DNA of 64,000 nt from a bacterium (GTDB taxonomy: Bacteria; CSSED10-310). Position 1 is the first letter of the stretch. Each line of letters begins with the position of its first letter. The notes under the pieces were generated by a model, which saw only the letters and a list, made by a program, of their open reading frames with translations, ran no database searches and was not told the origin of the DNA. The position numbers and the translations under genes are program-made. The stretch lies in assembly GCA_049652745.1 (NCBI GenBank), contig JBASEY010000033.1:20159-84158 (forward strand), given 5' to 3'. This document shows positions 46,901 to 56,639 of this stretch, one piece after another.

Positions 46901-48984
46901 ACAACAATGGAATCCTGGATATCATCACGACGAATGCTTCAGGAAACCCCGGCACTTTTATTTTCTATGGATTTTTGGATGACGATGATCGGCTCAACTA
47001 CAATTCTTATACTATAATCGTCGATCCTCAAGGACATGATCACAATTATGGTTTGGCGGTTGCAGATTTTAATCTGGATGCTCAAAAAGAATTTGCAACG
47101 GGGAGTGATGGACATGGCGGCCTTGGATTCGTAGGCTTTGGAAGTCATTTTGAAGAATGTAATTTTATGTGGACAACTCTCGGCTTTGGTAAAATACGCG
47201 ACATAGCCGTTGCAGACATCACCAATAATGGATATCCGGATATCGTGATTTCTACTGAGCAAAACGGTGTTCAAGCCTATAAAACAGTCCCCGGTTTTCC
47301 CGGTCAACATTCATTTTCATTTGCGCCTTTAAAACATCCTGCCGGCACAGGTGATTATGTCGGCATAACGGCGGCGGATTTCACCAATGACGGTTTGATC
47401 GATGTCATTGCTTCCAGGAATCAGAGTTCGGGAGCCTCAGGTCTTGATATGTGGATTAGTTATAGAGACTTTTCCTTACCGCGTATCACAAACACTTATC
47501 CCAAAAATAACACCACGTTTAATGTCGGTGCAGATACTGATGTATATGTGAGTTTTTCGAAAACAATGGATCCTTCGACTCTGACCTACGAAAATATACA
47601 GATTACAAAAGACGGAAATCCTATCGGATATTCTATTGTCACACTGGATTCCAACCACACGATACGAATCACGGCAAGCGAGATGGTCAGGCATGCACAG
47701 TATACTGTGACCATTGTCGGCGGTTTTGAAGGTGTTCGTGATCAGAACGGTAACATGTTCGACGGCAATCAGGACGGCCAAGCCCAGGAATCGCCATACG
47801 ATGATTATGTGTTCAGTTTTATAACCATCGATACGATTCCGCCATCGGTTCCAACCGGTCTTTTAGCCACCCCTGGGGATGCTGAAGTGTCCCTCAGGTG
47901 GCTCCCAAATAATCACCCCATTTTGGATTCGGATTTGGAAGGATATTATGTCGTCTGGCAGGTTGCTGACCACTCAGAACCGGAAAATTACAAGTTTTAT
48001 TCTAAAGAAGAGCTTGGAGTGCCTCCGAGAATCACTATTCGTGGTGTAAAAAACTTGGTAGAATTGGAGCTGTCGGTTGTATCTCGAGACTTTGATTACA
48101 ATGAATCTCTTTATAGTGAGAGAGTGAGAGTTCTGCCATATCCGGAACGCCCACAAATTTGGTGGGGGGGGACGTATGACACTCTTGTCACGTCAAATGA
48201 AGGCGGTTATATGACGTTGCTGGCATTTGTCGTGGATCCCAAAGGGACAATTCAAAACGTTGAACTCTACTATGAAGACATGCCGACCGGGGCTTACCTG
48301 ATCGATGGAGGCCATCCGGATTTTCCCTCAGGGCTGGGATTGTATGCACTTCATGGCCGAGTTGACCCGCTGCATACAGGCTATCTCGAAATTCCATTTC
48401 AGATGGTCGCTCATAGCACCAGCGGTTTAAAAAGCGCTATGTGGCCTTATTTGCATATGCAGCGCGATATTCCCGGCAGCGGCGGCAGCACGGCAAGCCC
48501 GCGACCCGGTTCGCTTGAAAGATATTTCGCCCTCAAACACCAGCAGTTCATCCGACAAACTGAAATACCTTTTGAGCGCCAACGACCATCGACGTCACCA
48601 GACAGACCACAGATTCTCTGTGCCGGCTTCACGGCCAACCCAGAAGCCGATTTCGAATTCGGAGCTCGTAATTGGTTGACAGCCATAGTCGTCGACCCTA
48701 ATGATGGAGATGGTTACAGTGACATCCAGACTGTCGAGCTGATTTATCGCAACGAGAGATATCCTCTTGTCAATACCGGTATAGCGAATTTTGGTTTTGC
48801 AGATGAGCTGGAGTTGACGCCGGTTATTTGGGGTATTGACCTGACCTGGTATGGTGAAGAGACTGATCCTGAAGGCCCCAACGGAAGACAACATTACCTT
48901 GAAGGACCGCAGCTGATGAAAATTCAAGCTGTCGATTATGATGGAAATGCCAGTGATATATGGCCTTACTTTATTGTAAACTAA
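43978..48984 (+). CDS. Giant secreted FG-GAP repeat protein (1668 aa) with at least two beta-propellers and C-terminal Ig-like and fibronectin-III-like domains.
   Basis: GGAGA RBS. Signal peptide MKINQYLLYLLLFLVVFNYGVLA. There are at least 14 FG-GAP Ca-loops, including DLDTDGIPDIVA, FDVNRDGQLDIVAAG, DVDNDGWLDLIAS, ADFNKDGFMDIAAT, ADFNNDGNLDIALT and ADIDRDGHLDLIIA. An Ig-like segment and an FN3 segment (PPSVPTGLLATPGDAEVSLRW) follow. Confidence 0.85.
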   Translation: MKINQYLLYLLLFLVVFNYGVLADTQWIDMVSPINHSQWKNIAVGDLDTDGIPDIVAANPDPNEQFSDYSGLPVWLGQIYSGSQAPFYWGLSRGYEISGTSVSMPLPDPKNTASPHVSCVFIGNTCNLMGEWTMEIAEKARINQLYVVSGGSDFNAAIPSGVFWPDIYHLDYDTWKFTQIESGNSFKVFSERYGQQSNNLTLGVPYTSDRGQIEILVTRKTKGNAQDPEIFHIVTQPALANVYTIDRISYPERRYLTDNTGNTLIRPSAIFVDRSSLMQLRYDPKPFDEPLTKGQKWYFHTPHGPKTNEAYNSVKLFDVNRDGQLDIVAAGPNGIDIFLQTGPAMSDWGFQPINPRNGVPNNGFVAYLGVGENENNHVYPNVVRDDVWVAEYKDGFFSAYGLFTHASGPRFLPYEQTSTYCRELTIKSITGGPFINGDKFYFSVKRVNWDIRSGPDTSADYTDILVDDITRNGYADIIASKATGGFDYFSFNGTNWIKKEGITFGNVVTSMLLKDVDNDGWLDLIASSNRGVHVWRKLPGGGWDRDTGPAQDRSFLGVTAADFNKDGFMDIAATEDLGGDVGAIQVWYFDSEKGWFQRSRASVPTPDPNNVGNGFMSVVKVSHILTIPEIWTLTCDVEMANSGLFRVTGSRSGIQSKMARVGEAYISDRGQVEFTIFDGLVDYAVNDKFTFRTGRGPLELRKFGAIAASDLNKDGNMDIFATSLNNFGIGIWLGNGHYGWLAETPPESSSSWQTLSADVDLNFDGHPDIVAGSYSPGGGIQNGIKIWVGKHSSPNVWKDWIYKPIINGRFNKIVHADFNNDGNLDIALTSDDPSNEGIWLLTGNGQGDFEKITTPISDDTNYFSICAGDFNQDGLCDIAAGKKGEGFDVFLNGPDFSWSNNTSSIMVGEIYDITAADIDRDGHLDLIIAQNYISSDRPGVIVYFNDGKGNFSDSQSMPLSATVYSHWSVDAIDLDNNGILDIITTNASGNPGTFIFYGFLDDDDRLNYNSYTIIVDPQGHDHNYGLAVADFNLDAQKEFATGSDGHGGLGFVGFGSHFEECNFMWTTLGFGKIRDIAVADITNNGYPDIVISTEQNGVQAYKTVPGFPGQHSFSFAPLKHPAGTGDYVGITAADFTNDGLIDVIASRNQSSGASGLDMWISYRDFSLPRITNTYPKNNTTFNVGADTDVYVSFSKTMDPSTLTYENIQITKDGNPIGYSIVTLDSNHTIRITASEMVRHAQYTVTIVGGFEGVRDQNGNMFDGNQDGQAQESPYDDYVFSFITIDTIPPSVPTGLLATPGDAEVSLRWLPNNHPILDSDLEGYYVVWQVADHSEPENYKFYSKEELGVPPRITIRGVKNLVELELSVVSRDFDYNESLYSERVRVLPYPERPQIWWGGTYDTLVTSNEGGYMTLLAFVVDPKGTIQNVELYYEDMPTGAYLIDGGHPDFPSGLGLYALHGRVDPLHTGYLEIPFQMVAHSTSGLKSAMWPYLHMQRDIPGSGGSTASPRPGSLERYFALKHQQFIRQTEIPFERQRPSTSPDRPQILCAGFTANPEADFEFGARNWLTAIVVDPNDGDGYSDIQTVELIYRNERYPLVNTGIANFGFADELELTPVIWGIDLTWYGEETDPEGPNGRQHYLEGPQLMKIQAVDYDGNASDIWPYFIVN

Positions 48985-48988
48985 CAGT

Positions 48989-49639
48989 TTGCAGGATGTT
49001 CCCTGGGGAGAAATGCTCCAGGGAACAATCGTTGAATTGAGAAATACCGGACAAGCTTTGGAATCAAAACAGGATACCATTCGCGCATTTCTTGCCCTTC
49101 CTGTCGATATCTCTGTAGTTGACCGAATTCATAGGGCATCGGAAATATTGAAAACCTCCATTTTCCCTGAAGCTCGATGGGTAAAACCGGAACACTTGCA
49201 TATCACCCTGAAATTTTTCGCCGAACTTCCAGAAAAGACCATTCCTTCCATCAAGAACATCATGGAACTTTGTGCTGAAAATATGCATAGATTCACTTTG
49301 GAACCAACCGAACTCGATGCTTTTCCAAACAAAAAATTTCCTAAAGTCATTTGGCTGGGCGTTAAATCCGATACCGACGATCACAAAAATCTCACCACCA
49401 CTATCGAAAAAGAATGCTCCCGTTTGGGCTTTCCAATGGAAAACAAAAAAGACATTCCTCATATTACGATGGCAAGAATTCGGAATCCACAACCCGGCAA
49501 ATGGCCGGAACGCGACCTGATTGTTAAATTATTTGACAAAATGCCGCGTTTTAGTGTAAATTCTATGAAGCTGATTCAAAGCACGTTGTCTTCACAGGGA
49601 GTTCGATATAAGCAATTGTATGAAGTATTTTGGGATTAA
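48989..49639 (+). CDS. thpR: RNA 2',3'-cyclic phosphodiesterase (2H-family LigT/ThpR).
   Basis: The two H-x-T-x motifs are HITLKFF and HITMARI. The true start is probably downstream of 48989. Confidence 0.7.
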   Translation: MQDVPWGEMLQGTIVELRNTGQALESKQDTIRAFLALPVDISVVDRIHRASEILKTSIFPEARWVKPEHLHITLKFFAELPEKTIPSIKNIMELCAENMHRFTLEPTELDAFPNKKFPKVIWLGVKSDTDDHKNLTTTIEKECSRLGFPMENKKDIPHITMARIRNPQPGKWPERDLIVKLFDKMPRFSVNSMKLIQSTLSSQGVRYKQLYEVFWD

Positions 49640-49671
49640 ACTTTTATTAAAGATAATTGGAGGTTTCAAAT

Positions 49672-50733
49672 ATGGCAAAAAAGGTATCTGTGGATTCAGG
49701 GAATCGTGAACAGGCGTTGAGTAGTGCGGTATCTCAGATTGAACGTCAATTTGGCCGTGGCGCTATTATGCGTTTGGGGGATACAGGTCCTCGTTTTGAT
49801 ATACAGGTCATTTCGACCGGCAGCATTACGTTGGATATCGCCACCGGCATTGGTGGTTATCCGAAAGGACGGATTATTGAAATATATGGTCCGGAATCTT
49901 CCGGTAAAACGACGCTTGCGCTGCATGCTATTGCCCAAGCCCAGAAAAGCGGTGGTATTTGTGCTTTTATCGATGCAGAACATGCATTGGATGCGGCTTA
50001 CGCGAAGCGGCTCGGTGTCAACACCGACGAATTGTTGATATCACAGCCGGATACAGGTGAACAGGCTCTGGAAATTGGTGAGTTATTGGTTAGAAGCGCT
50101 GCGGTGGATGTGGTGGTCATCGATTCTGTTGCTGCGCTGGTTCCTCGAGCAGAGCTTGAAGGTGACATGGGGGATGTTCATGTCGGTTTGCAGGCTCGAC
50201 TGATGTCTCAGGCCCTCCGAAAATTGGCCGCAGCTATTTCAAAGTCCAATACATGTTTCATTTTCATCAATCAGATACGTGAAAAAGTCGGCGTTATGTT
50301 TGGAAACCCGGAAACGACTTCAGGGGGCCGGGCGTTGAAATTTTATTCATCGATGCGGATTGAAGTGAGGCGAGTATCGCAGATCAAGGAGGGAGAGGAG
50401 ATTCTGGGGAATCGAACGGTTGCGAAAGTGGTTAAAAACAAGTTGTCGGCGCCATTTAAAAAAGCTGAATTCGATATCATATACGGTGAAGGGATTTCTC
50501 GTGAAGGAAGTCTGTTGGACATCGCTTTGAACATGGACTTGATATTGAAAAGCGGTGTATGGTTTTCTTATGGTGAGACACGTTTAGGTCAGGGAAGAGA
50601 AAATGCCAAGCGGTTTTTGAAAGAAAATACTGATTTGGCAAATGAAATCGAGCTGAAAATCAGACAATCCGGCGCCTTATTGAATTGGCGGGCGTCGGAA
50701 GAAACGAGTTCTGAGGCATTCGACGATTTTTGA
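49672..50733 (+). CDS. recA: Recombinase RecA.
   Basis: [19 protein letters not shown] and [18 protein letters not shown]. Confidence 0.95.
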   Translation: MAKKVSVDSGNREQALSSAVSQIERQFGRGAIMRLGDTGPRFDIQVISTGSITLDIATGIGGYPKGRIIEIYGPESSGKTTLALHAIAQAQKSGGICAFIDAEHALDAAYAKRLGVNTDELLISQPDTGEQALEIGELLVRSAAVDVVVIDSVAALVPRAELEGDMGDVHVGLQARLMSQALRKLAAAISKSNTCFIFINQIREKVGVMFGNPETTSGGRALKFYSSMRIEVRRVSQIKEGEEILGNRTVAKVVKNKLSAPFKKAEFDIIYGEGISREGSLLDIALNMDLILKSGVWFSYGETRLGQGRENAKRFLKENTDLANEIELKIRQSGALLNWRASEETSSEAFDDF

Positions 50734-50859
50734 TCCTATACTCGTTCAAGGCTCAAGCAGATATTTCATTCTGTAGCTTGACTGTAATCGGTTTCACTGC
50801 GTAAACTGTTGACTCGCGTGATGGATCGGCATCACTCGGCTATCGGAGGATATAAATCG

Positions 50860-52059
50860 ATGGACCTTAAAGAGTTGCTGCGTATAGCGACAGAGCGTGG
50901 AGCTTCAGACGTTCATATCAAGGTAGGGCGGCAGCCCGTCTTACGCATTAACGGTGTATTGGTTCCGATGCTGGAAAAGAAAAGGCTGATGCAGGAAGAA
51001 ATCACCGCTGTCGCTTTTGAAATAATGAATGATTATCAAAAGGAAAAGTTTAAACGAAACAATGAAATTGATTTGGCTTATAGTGTTCCCGGCTTGGGAC
51101 GCTTTCGAGTGAATGTATTCAGACAAAGAGGTACGATAGGTTTGGTTTTCAGATTTATTCCAATGCGAATTAAGTCTTTGGACGAACTTCATCTACCCAA
51201 AATTCTGCAAAAGATCGCTCTTGAGGAACGCGGTTTGGTTTTATGCACCGGAACGACGGGAAGCGGTAAATCGACGACTTTGGCTGCCATGATCGACTGG
51301 GTCAACGAAAACCGTACCGTGCATGTGATGACCATCGAAGATCCGATTGAATACCTTCACCGAGATAAAAAAGCAATAATTAATCAAAGGGAACTGGGAA
51401 CTGATACTTTTTCGTTCTCGGATGCTCTCCGCTCAGCCCTCAGACAGGATCCTGATCTCATTCTTGTCGGTGAAATGCGGGATTTTGCCACGATTGAAAC
51501 AGCTTTGGCGGCGGCGGAAACCGGCCACATCGTTTTCAGCACTTTACACACCACGGATGCCACTGAAACCATACAGCGGATTATTGCATTCTATCCCCCT
51601 TATCAACAACAACAAATCCGGCTACAATTGGCTTCCGTTTTGAAAGCAGTCATTTCCCAGCGTCTTGTTCCAAGAGCGGATGAAAAAGGACGCGTGCCCG
51701 CAGTTGAAATTCTCCGTTCGACAGCCCTGATACGTGATTGCATTATCGATCCGTTAAAAACGGTCGGTATTCGTGATGCCATCGAACAAGGGGTATCGCA
51801 ATACCGAATGCAAAGCTTCGATCAATCACTTCGTATGCTGGTAAAAAGCGGTTTGATCACTTACCAAGAAGCGTTAAGGCGCTGTTCCAACCCTGATGAT
51901 TTTGCATTAAAATTTAAAGGCATAACGACTACAGCTGATCTAGCTTTGGAAGACATGGAAGCTGTTATAAGAACGGAAATGCACAGTGATGATAATGAAA
52001 ATCCTGAAAATATGACTCAATCGTCTGATTTTGATTTCTCAAACCAATTCAGCCCGTGA
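50860..52059 (+). CDS. pilT: Type IV pilus retraction ATPase of the PilT/PilU family, with an acidic C-terminal extension.
   Basis: Walker A is GLVLCTGTTGSGKSTTLAAMIDW. The Asp box, Walker B and His box are IVFSTLHT. GGAGGA RBS. Confidence 0.8.
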   Translation: MDLKELLRIATERGASDVHIKVGRQPVLRINGVLVPMLEKKRLMQEEITAVAFEIMNDYQKEKFKRNNEIDLAYSVPGLGRFRVNVFRQRGTIGLVFRFIPMRIKSLDELHLPKILQKIALEERGLVLCTGTTGSGKSTTLAAMIDWVNENRTVHVMTIEDPIEYLHRDKKAIINQRELGTDTFSFSDALRSALRQDPDLILVGEMRDFATIETALAAAETGHIVFSTLHTTDATETIQRIIAFYPPYQQQQIRLQLASVLKAVISQRLVPRADEKGRVPAVEILRSTALIRDCIIDPLKTVGIRDAIEQGVSQYRMQSFDQSLRMLVKSGLITYQEALRRCSNPDDFALKFKGITTTADLALEDMEAVIRTEMHSDDNENPENMTQSSDFDFSNQFSP

Positions 52060-52108
52060 TACATCTTCGCCATTTTTATGTCGAACAACCCTGTATAAGG
52101 ATACTCTG

Positions 52109-54796
52109 ATGAAAACTTCGTACGAAATTCGATCAGAATTTATAGATTTTTTTCTTAAACGTGGTCATTCGTTTATCAGAAGTGCGCCATTGTTTATCCC
52201 GGAAGATCCGACTTTGCTGTTTACCAATGCGGGAATGAATCAGTTCAAATCTTATTTTTTGAACCTGGTCGAACCCGTGACCAAGCGGGCAGTCAATTCA
52301 CAACGATGCATTCGCGTCAGCGGTAAACACAATGATCTTGAAGAAGTCGGTATCTCTCCTCATCACCACACACTGTTTGAAATGCTGGGTAACTGGTCTT
52401 TTGGGGACTATTATAAAAAAGAGGCCATTCAATGGGCTTGGGAATTATTGACGGGAGTCTGGTCTTTACCGCGGGAAAAGCTTTGGATTACGGTTTTTCG
52501 GGACGAAAAAGGTGAAATACCGGAAGATGTTGATGCCTATCGTTATTGGAAAAATATGCCAGGGGTGGACCAGGATAAAATTCGCTTTTTTGGCCGAAAA
52601 GACAATTTCTGGGAAATGGGGGAAACAGGTCCTTGCGGCCCTTGCACCGAAATTCATATGGATCGAGGCCCGAGTTTTTGTGATAAGCACGATGTGCCGG
52701 AGCATGTGTGTCGCGTCAACGGTGATTGTAGACGAATTGTCGAGCTCTGGAATCTGGTTTTTATTCAGTACAATCGAATCGATGAAAACACTTTGGAAGA
52801 TCTTCCCAAGCATCATGTTGATACTGGGATGGGTCTCGAACGCATCACAGCGGTGCTTCAAAACGCTCCAAGCAACTACGAAACAGATTTGTTTTTGCCT
52901 ATTATGGATGAACTCCAGAATTTAGCCGGTCAGACTGATGAGCAACGAAAACAGACTATCACCGCTTATCGGGTTATTGCCGATCATATCCGTGCCGCTT
53001 CATTTTTACTGGCGGATGGGGTCATGCCGTCCAATGAATGGCGAGGCTATGTATTGCGAAGAATTATTCGTCGTGCTGTACGGTTTGGAACGAAGATTGG
53101 GTTTGACAAGCCCTTTCTTTATCGTATTGCAGATGCGTTTATTCGGATCATGGCCCCGGTTTATTCAGAACTGAGTGACAACTCCACACATGTTTCAAGC
53201 ATGTTGAAATCAGAAGAACAACGGTTTTTCAAAACTTTGGAACAAGGTCTTCCTCGAGTCACGGAAGTAATAGAGTCGGCTCGTAAATCGGGTTTGACAA
53301 TGATACCGGGTGAAGAGATTTTCAAACTTTACGATACATATGGATTTCCTGTTGATATCGCCAAGGAAATTGTGAGCGAAGCGGGGATGAAGTTTGATAT
53401 CACTGGTTTTGAAGATGCAATGAATTCTCAGCGCAATCGCGCTCGAAACGCCTGGAAAAAGGATTCGGAGATTTCAGAACAGGGCTTCTGGACCCGATTG
53501 CATGATAAGCTGGGGTCTATTACCTTTACAGGATATGACACTATAAACGATTCTGGAAATATTCTGGCTATCGTCGATTCTGAAGAACTCGTCAATTCAG
53601 CATCTCATTCAGAAAAAGAATTCTTTTTTATTGTCGATCCGACACCATTTTATGCAGAAGCTGGTGGCCAAGTGGGTGATACCGGAGTTTTAGAAACATC
53701 GTCATCACGAATCAAAGTGCTGGACACGGTCATGATGAATAGTGGTTTCCCTGTTTTAAAAGGCCGAGTTTTGCAAGGAGATGTTAGGGTTGGCGATACA
53801 GTAACAGGCTCGGTTCACGCTTCAAATAGAAAAGCGACTGCTCGCAACCACACCGCCACCCATCTTTTACACCACGCGCTTCGGCTTATTCTCGGTGAGC
53901 ATGTCAAGCAGGCAGGATCTCTTGTTTCACCTGAACGCATGCGATTCGATTTCACTCATTTTGCAAGTATAACACCCGACGTCCTTGGTGAGATCGAACG
54001 TGGAGTCAATGATGCAATTCTTGCTGATTTGCCGGTGATGACTGAAATTATGGCCCTTGATGAAGCTGTGGCCAGTGGCGTCATAGCTCTTTTTGGTGAA
54101 AAATATGATGAATCGGTGAGGGTTGTTCGCGTTCCAGGGGTATCGGCGGAGCTTTGTGGAGGCACCCATGTCACCCGAACAGGTGAAATCGGGCTGTTTA
54201 AAATTTTGTCAGAGTCTGGAATTTCAGCAGGAGTGCGACGCATAGAAGCGGTGACAGGATATGAATCTCTGAGAAAATTCAATGAGTGGGTAACGATTGT
54301 TGACAATGTAGCCACGACTTTAAAAGCGCCGCCGGATGCTCTGATTGACAAGATTGAAAAAATGCAGAAGCGCTTGCGTGAGTTAATGCGTGAAAATGAG
54401 CATGTTAAAGAGGGTGTCATAAAGCGTGAGTTGGAATCGAAACTGGATTCCCCCAAAATCATTGGCGGTGTAAAAACAGTTATTCATTCTGTCACAGGTC
54501 TTCAGGTCAATCAATTACGAGACCTTGCGGATCTGATCAAACAACGTTTGGGCTCATGTATCGTTCTTTTGGGATCGGTTGTCGATGATCGGGTTTTTTT
54601 CATTGCAGCGGTAACTCCGGATCTTACCCGAACGGTTCATGCCGGCAAGTTGGTGGAAAAAATTGCCAAGCTGGCCGGCGGTGGCGGAGGGGGCAAACCG
54701 GATATGGCTCAAGCCGGAAGCTCTCAACCCGAGCGTTTGGATGGCGCATTTGAACAAGCGGAATCCATAATTGCATCGTTATTATCAGGAGGTTGA
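52109..54796 (+). CDS. alaS: Alanine--tRNA ligase.
   Basis: The N-terminal class II core is FFLKRGH...PLFIPEDPTLLFTNAGMNQFK. The editing domain has HTATHLLHHALR and CGGTHV. The C-terminal DHHA1 domain is present. Confidence 0.95.
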   Translation: MKTSYEIRSEFIDFFLKRGHSFIRSAPLFIPEDPTLLFTNAGMNQFKSYFLNLVEPVTKRAVNSQRCIRVSGKHNDLEEVGISPHHHTLFEMLGNWSFGDYYKKEAIQWAWELLTGVWSLPREKLWITVFRDEKGEIPEDVDAYRYWKNMPGVDQDKIRFFGRKDNFWEMGETGPCGPCTEIHMDRGPSFCDKHDVPEHVCRVNGDCRRIVELWNLVFIQYNRIDENTLEDLPKHHVDTGMGLERITAVLQNAPSNYETDLFLPIMDELQNLAGQTDEQRKQTITAYRVIADHIRAASFLLADGVMPSNEWRGYVLRRIIRRAVRFGTKIGFDKPFLYRIADAFIRIMAPVYSELSDNSTHVSSMLKSEEQRFFKTLEQGLPRVTEVIESARKSGLTMIPGEEIFKLYDTYGFPVDIAKEIVSEAGMKFDITGFEDAMNSQRNRARNAWKKDSEISEQGFWTRLHDKLGSITFTGYDTINDSGNILAIVDSEELVNSASHSEKEFFFIVDPTPFYAEAGGQVGDTGVLETSSSRIKVLDTVMMNSGFPVLKGRVLQGDVRVGDTVTGSVHASNRKATARNHTATHLLHHALRLILGEHVKQAGSLVSPERMRFDFTHFASITPDVLGEIERGVNDAILADLPVMTEIMALDEAVASGVIALFGEKYDESVRVVRVPGVSAELCGGTHVTRTGEIGLFKILSESGISAGVRRIEAVTGYESLRKFNEWVTIVDNVATTLKAPPDALIDKIEKMQKRLRELMRENEHVKEGVIKRELESKLDSPKIIGGVKTVIHSVTGLQVNQLRDLADLIKQRLGSCIVLLGSVVDDRVFFIAAVTPDLTRTVHAGKLVEKIAKLAGGGGGGKPDMAQAGSSQPERLDGAFEQAESIIASLLSGG

Positions 54797-54799
54797 TAC

Positions 54800-55615
54800 A
54801 TGTCGGAAAATAACTCTAAAAATATCCCCGAAGATATTGTCAAGCGTATCGATGAATATGACAGGAATCTAAATATCTGGTCATACTATGACCTTCTATA
54901 CATTCCTCGTAATTCTGACAAATCCATGGTAAAGAAAGGGTATTACAAGATCGTGCAACTGATGCATCCTGATCGATACGGTTTAGATCTCGAAGAGGAT
55001 TACAAAGCCAAGCTGGAACGTATTTTTAATGAGATCAATATCGCTTATAACACTTTGATGGATGACACTGAAAAAGCGAAATATGACCAGTCGTTGTATT
55101 ACGCGGAAGATCACGCACAGCCGTTAAAAGTGAGTAACGATGTTGTAGTGGCCAGGGCTCAGTATGCAAGAGGAGTCAATGCTTTGAAAAAGCAAGAAAT
55201 CGTTCCGGCAATTGAATTTTTTCGCTCTGCCGTGCAATTGGACCCCGACGTTTCCGAGTATCATGCCAAATTGGCCTTTGCGCTTGCAAAGCACAATCTG
55301 CCACGTGTTCGACGGGAAGCCATTGAACATTGCAAACAGGCTATTTCAATGCAAAATGAAAACCCTAATTACCATGCTTTGATGGGATTTATCTATCAAA
55401 CATTGGGAGATCCTCAGGAGGCCAAGGTTCACTACAGAAGAGCGCTTTCCTGGGATCCTCAGCATCAACGGGCCAGAAAAGAAATTCAAAAGATTATCGA
55501 AGAAGAAAACGAGCAGAAAAAACAGAGCAGCCTGAAACATAAAATTGTATCTTTTCTGCGTCCTCCATCTCCAAAGCCTACGGATCGAGATAAAACCAAG
55601 AAACGTACACGCTGA
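54800..55615 (+). CDS. J-domain protein with TPR repeats.
   Basis: J-domain with HPD in YYDLLYIP...KKGYYKIVQLMHPDRY. TPR-like helices follow, then a basic tail. Confidence 0.7.
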   Translation: MSENNSKNIPEDIVKRIDEYDRNLNIWSYYDLLYIPRNSDKSMVKKGYYKIVQLMHPDRYGLDLEEDYKAKLERIFNEINIAYNTLMDDTEKAKYDQSLYYAEDHAQPLKVSNDVVVARAQYARGVNALKKQEIVPAIEFFRSAVQLDPDVSEYHAKLAFALAKHNLPRVRREAIEHCKQAISMQNENPNYHALMGFIYQTLGDPQEAKVHYRRALSWDPQHQRARKEIQKIIEEENEQKKQSSLKHKIVSFLRPPSPKPTDRDKTKKRTR

Positions 55616-55653
55616 TATGCAGTTTTTCAAAAACCCTCCATCGGCATCTCGGT

Positions 55654-56397
55654 ATGATAAAGCTTGAAAATGTTCATAAGGCTTTTGGTTCTTCAGTTAT
55701 TCTGAAAAAAATCAACCTTCATGTCGGTGAAAATGAATCCGTTGTGGTTTGTGGTCCAGGAGGAAGTGGGAAGACCACTCTATTAAAATTATGTCAAGGC
55801 CTTGTTAAACCTGACTCCGGCAGAGTGTTGATCGACAACAGAGACATCGGAAAGATTCCTGACACCGAACTGATGGAAATGCGAAAGAATATCGGTATGC
55901 TTTTTCAATACTATGCTCTGTTCGATTCAATGACAGTTGCACAAAATGTCGGTTTTTATCTGGCCAATCATACCGATCTGACACCGGAGGAAATTGAACA
56001 CAGAGTTCGTGATAATTTGAAGCTTGTTCGGCTTGAAGAATCTTATGATTTGATGCCGTCAGAATTATCCGGAGGCATGCAAAAGCGTGTCGGTATCGCC
56101 CGCGCCCTGACGCATAGGCCGAGTATTATTCTATATGACTCTCCGACCGACGGGCTGGATCCCGTTACGGCGGATGCCATTGTCGACATGATTTTATCGA
56201 TAAACAAACAGTTCGGCATCACGTCGCTTATTGTATCGAATGACATGAACACCATATTTCGCTTGGGGAATAGAATTGCATTTTTGTACAATGGCAACAT
56301 ACATGCCATAGGAACCCCGGATGATATTATCCATTCTGAAGACCCGTATGTTTACCAGTTTATCAGAGGATTGGGACAAGGGCCACTCTATGAGTGA
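55654..56397 (+). CDS. ABC transporter ATP-binding protein (MlaF-like). No permease lies adjacent.
   Basis: Walker A is GPGGSGKTT. The ABC signature is LSGGMQKRVGIARAL. Walker B is ILYDSPTDGLD. Confidence 0.8.
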   Translation: MIKLENVHKAFGSSVILKKINLHVGENESVVVCGPGGSGKTTLLKLCQGLVKPDSGRVLIDNRDIGKIPDTELMEMRKNIGMLFQYYALFDSMTVAQNVGFYLANHTDLTPEEIEHRVRDNLKLVRLEESYDLMPSELSGGMQKRVGIARALTHRPSIILYDSPTDGLDPVTADAIVDMILSINKQFGITSLIVSNDMNTIFRLGNRIAFLYNGNIHAIGTPDDIIHSEDPYVYQFIRGLGQGPLYE

Positions 56398-56565
56398 CGA
56401 GCGGCGCCTTCATTAAATTCTGGCATTTCTCACCAGCTCCGGCACGGTCTTAAAACCATGGCAAAATAAAACGGATTATTCAAAGTCACAAGTATTTTGG
56501 CTTGAGATCTTGAATTAGGCATTGGATCCGTCTTTGAATTTCATGAAAAGTTGGATTTAAAAAGG

Positions 56566-56592
56566 TTGACGGACATCACTGTTTTATATAAA
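56566..56592 (+). promoter_or_regulatory. Candidate sigma-70 promoter upstream of the PilZ gene.
   Basis: TTGACG at 56566-56571, a 15-nt spacer, then TATAAA at 56587-56592. Confidence 0.3.
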
Positions 56593-56639
56593 TAACAAGT
56601 TTGGGGAGGATCATCTTTTATTTTGGAGCAAAAGGAACA

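Noticed and set aside
44102-47781. Small ORFs inside the giant FG-GAP gene (for example 44102-44362 +, 46939-47310 -).
   Set aside because: They are alternate-frame artefacts within a continuous 1668-aa CDS.
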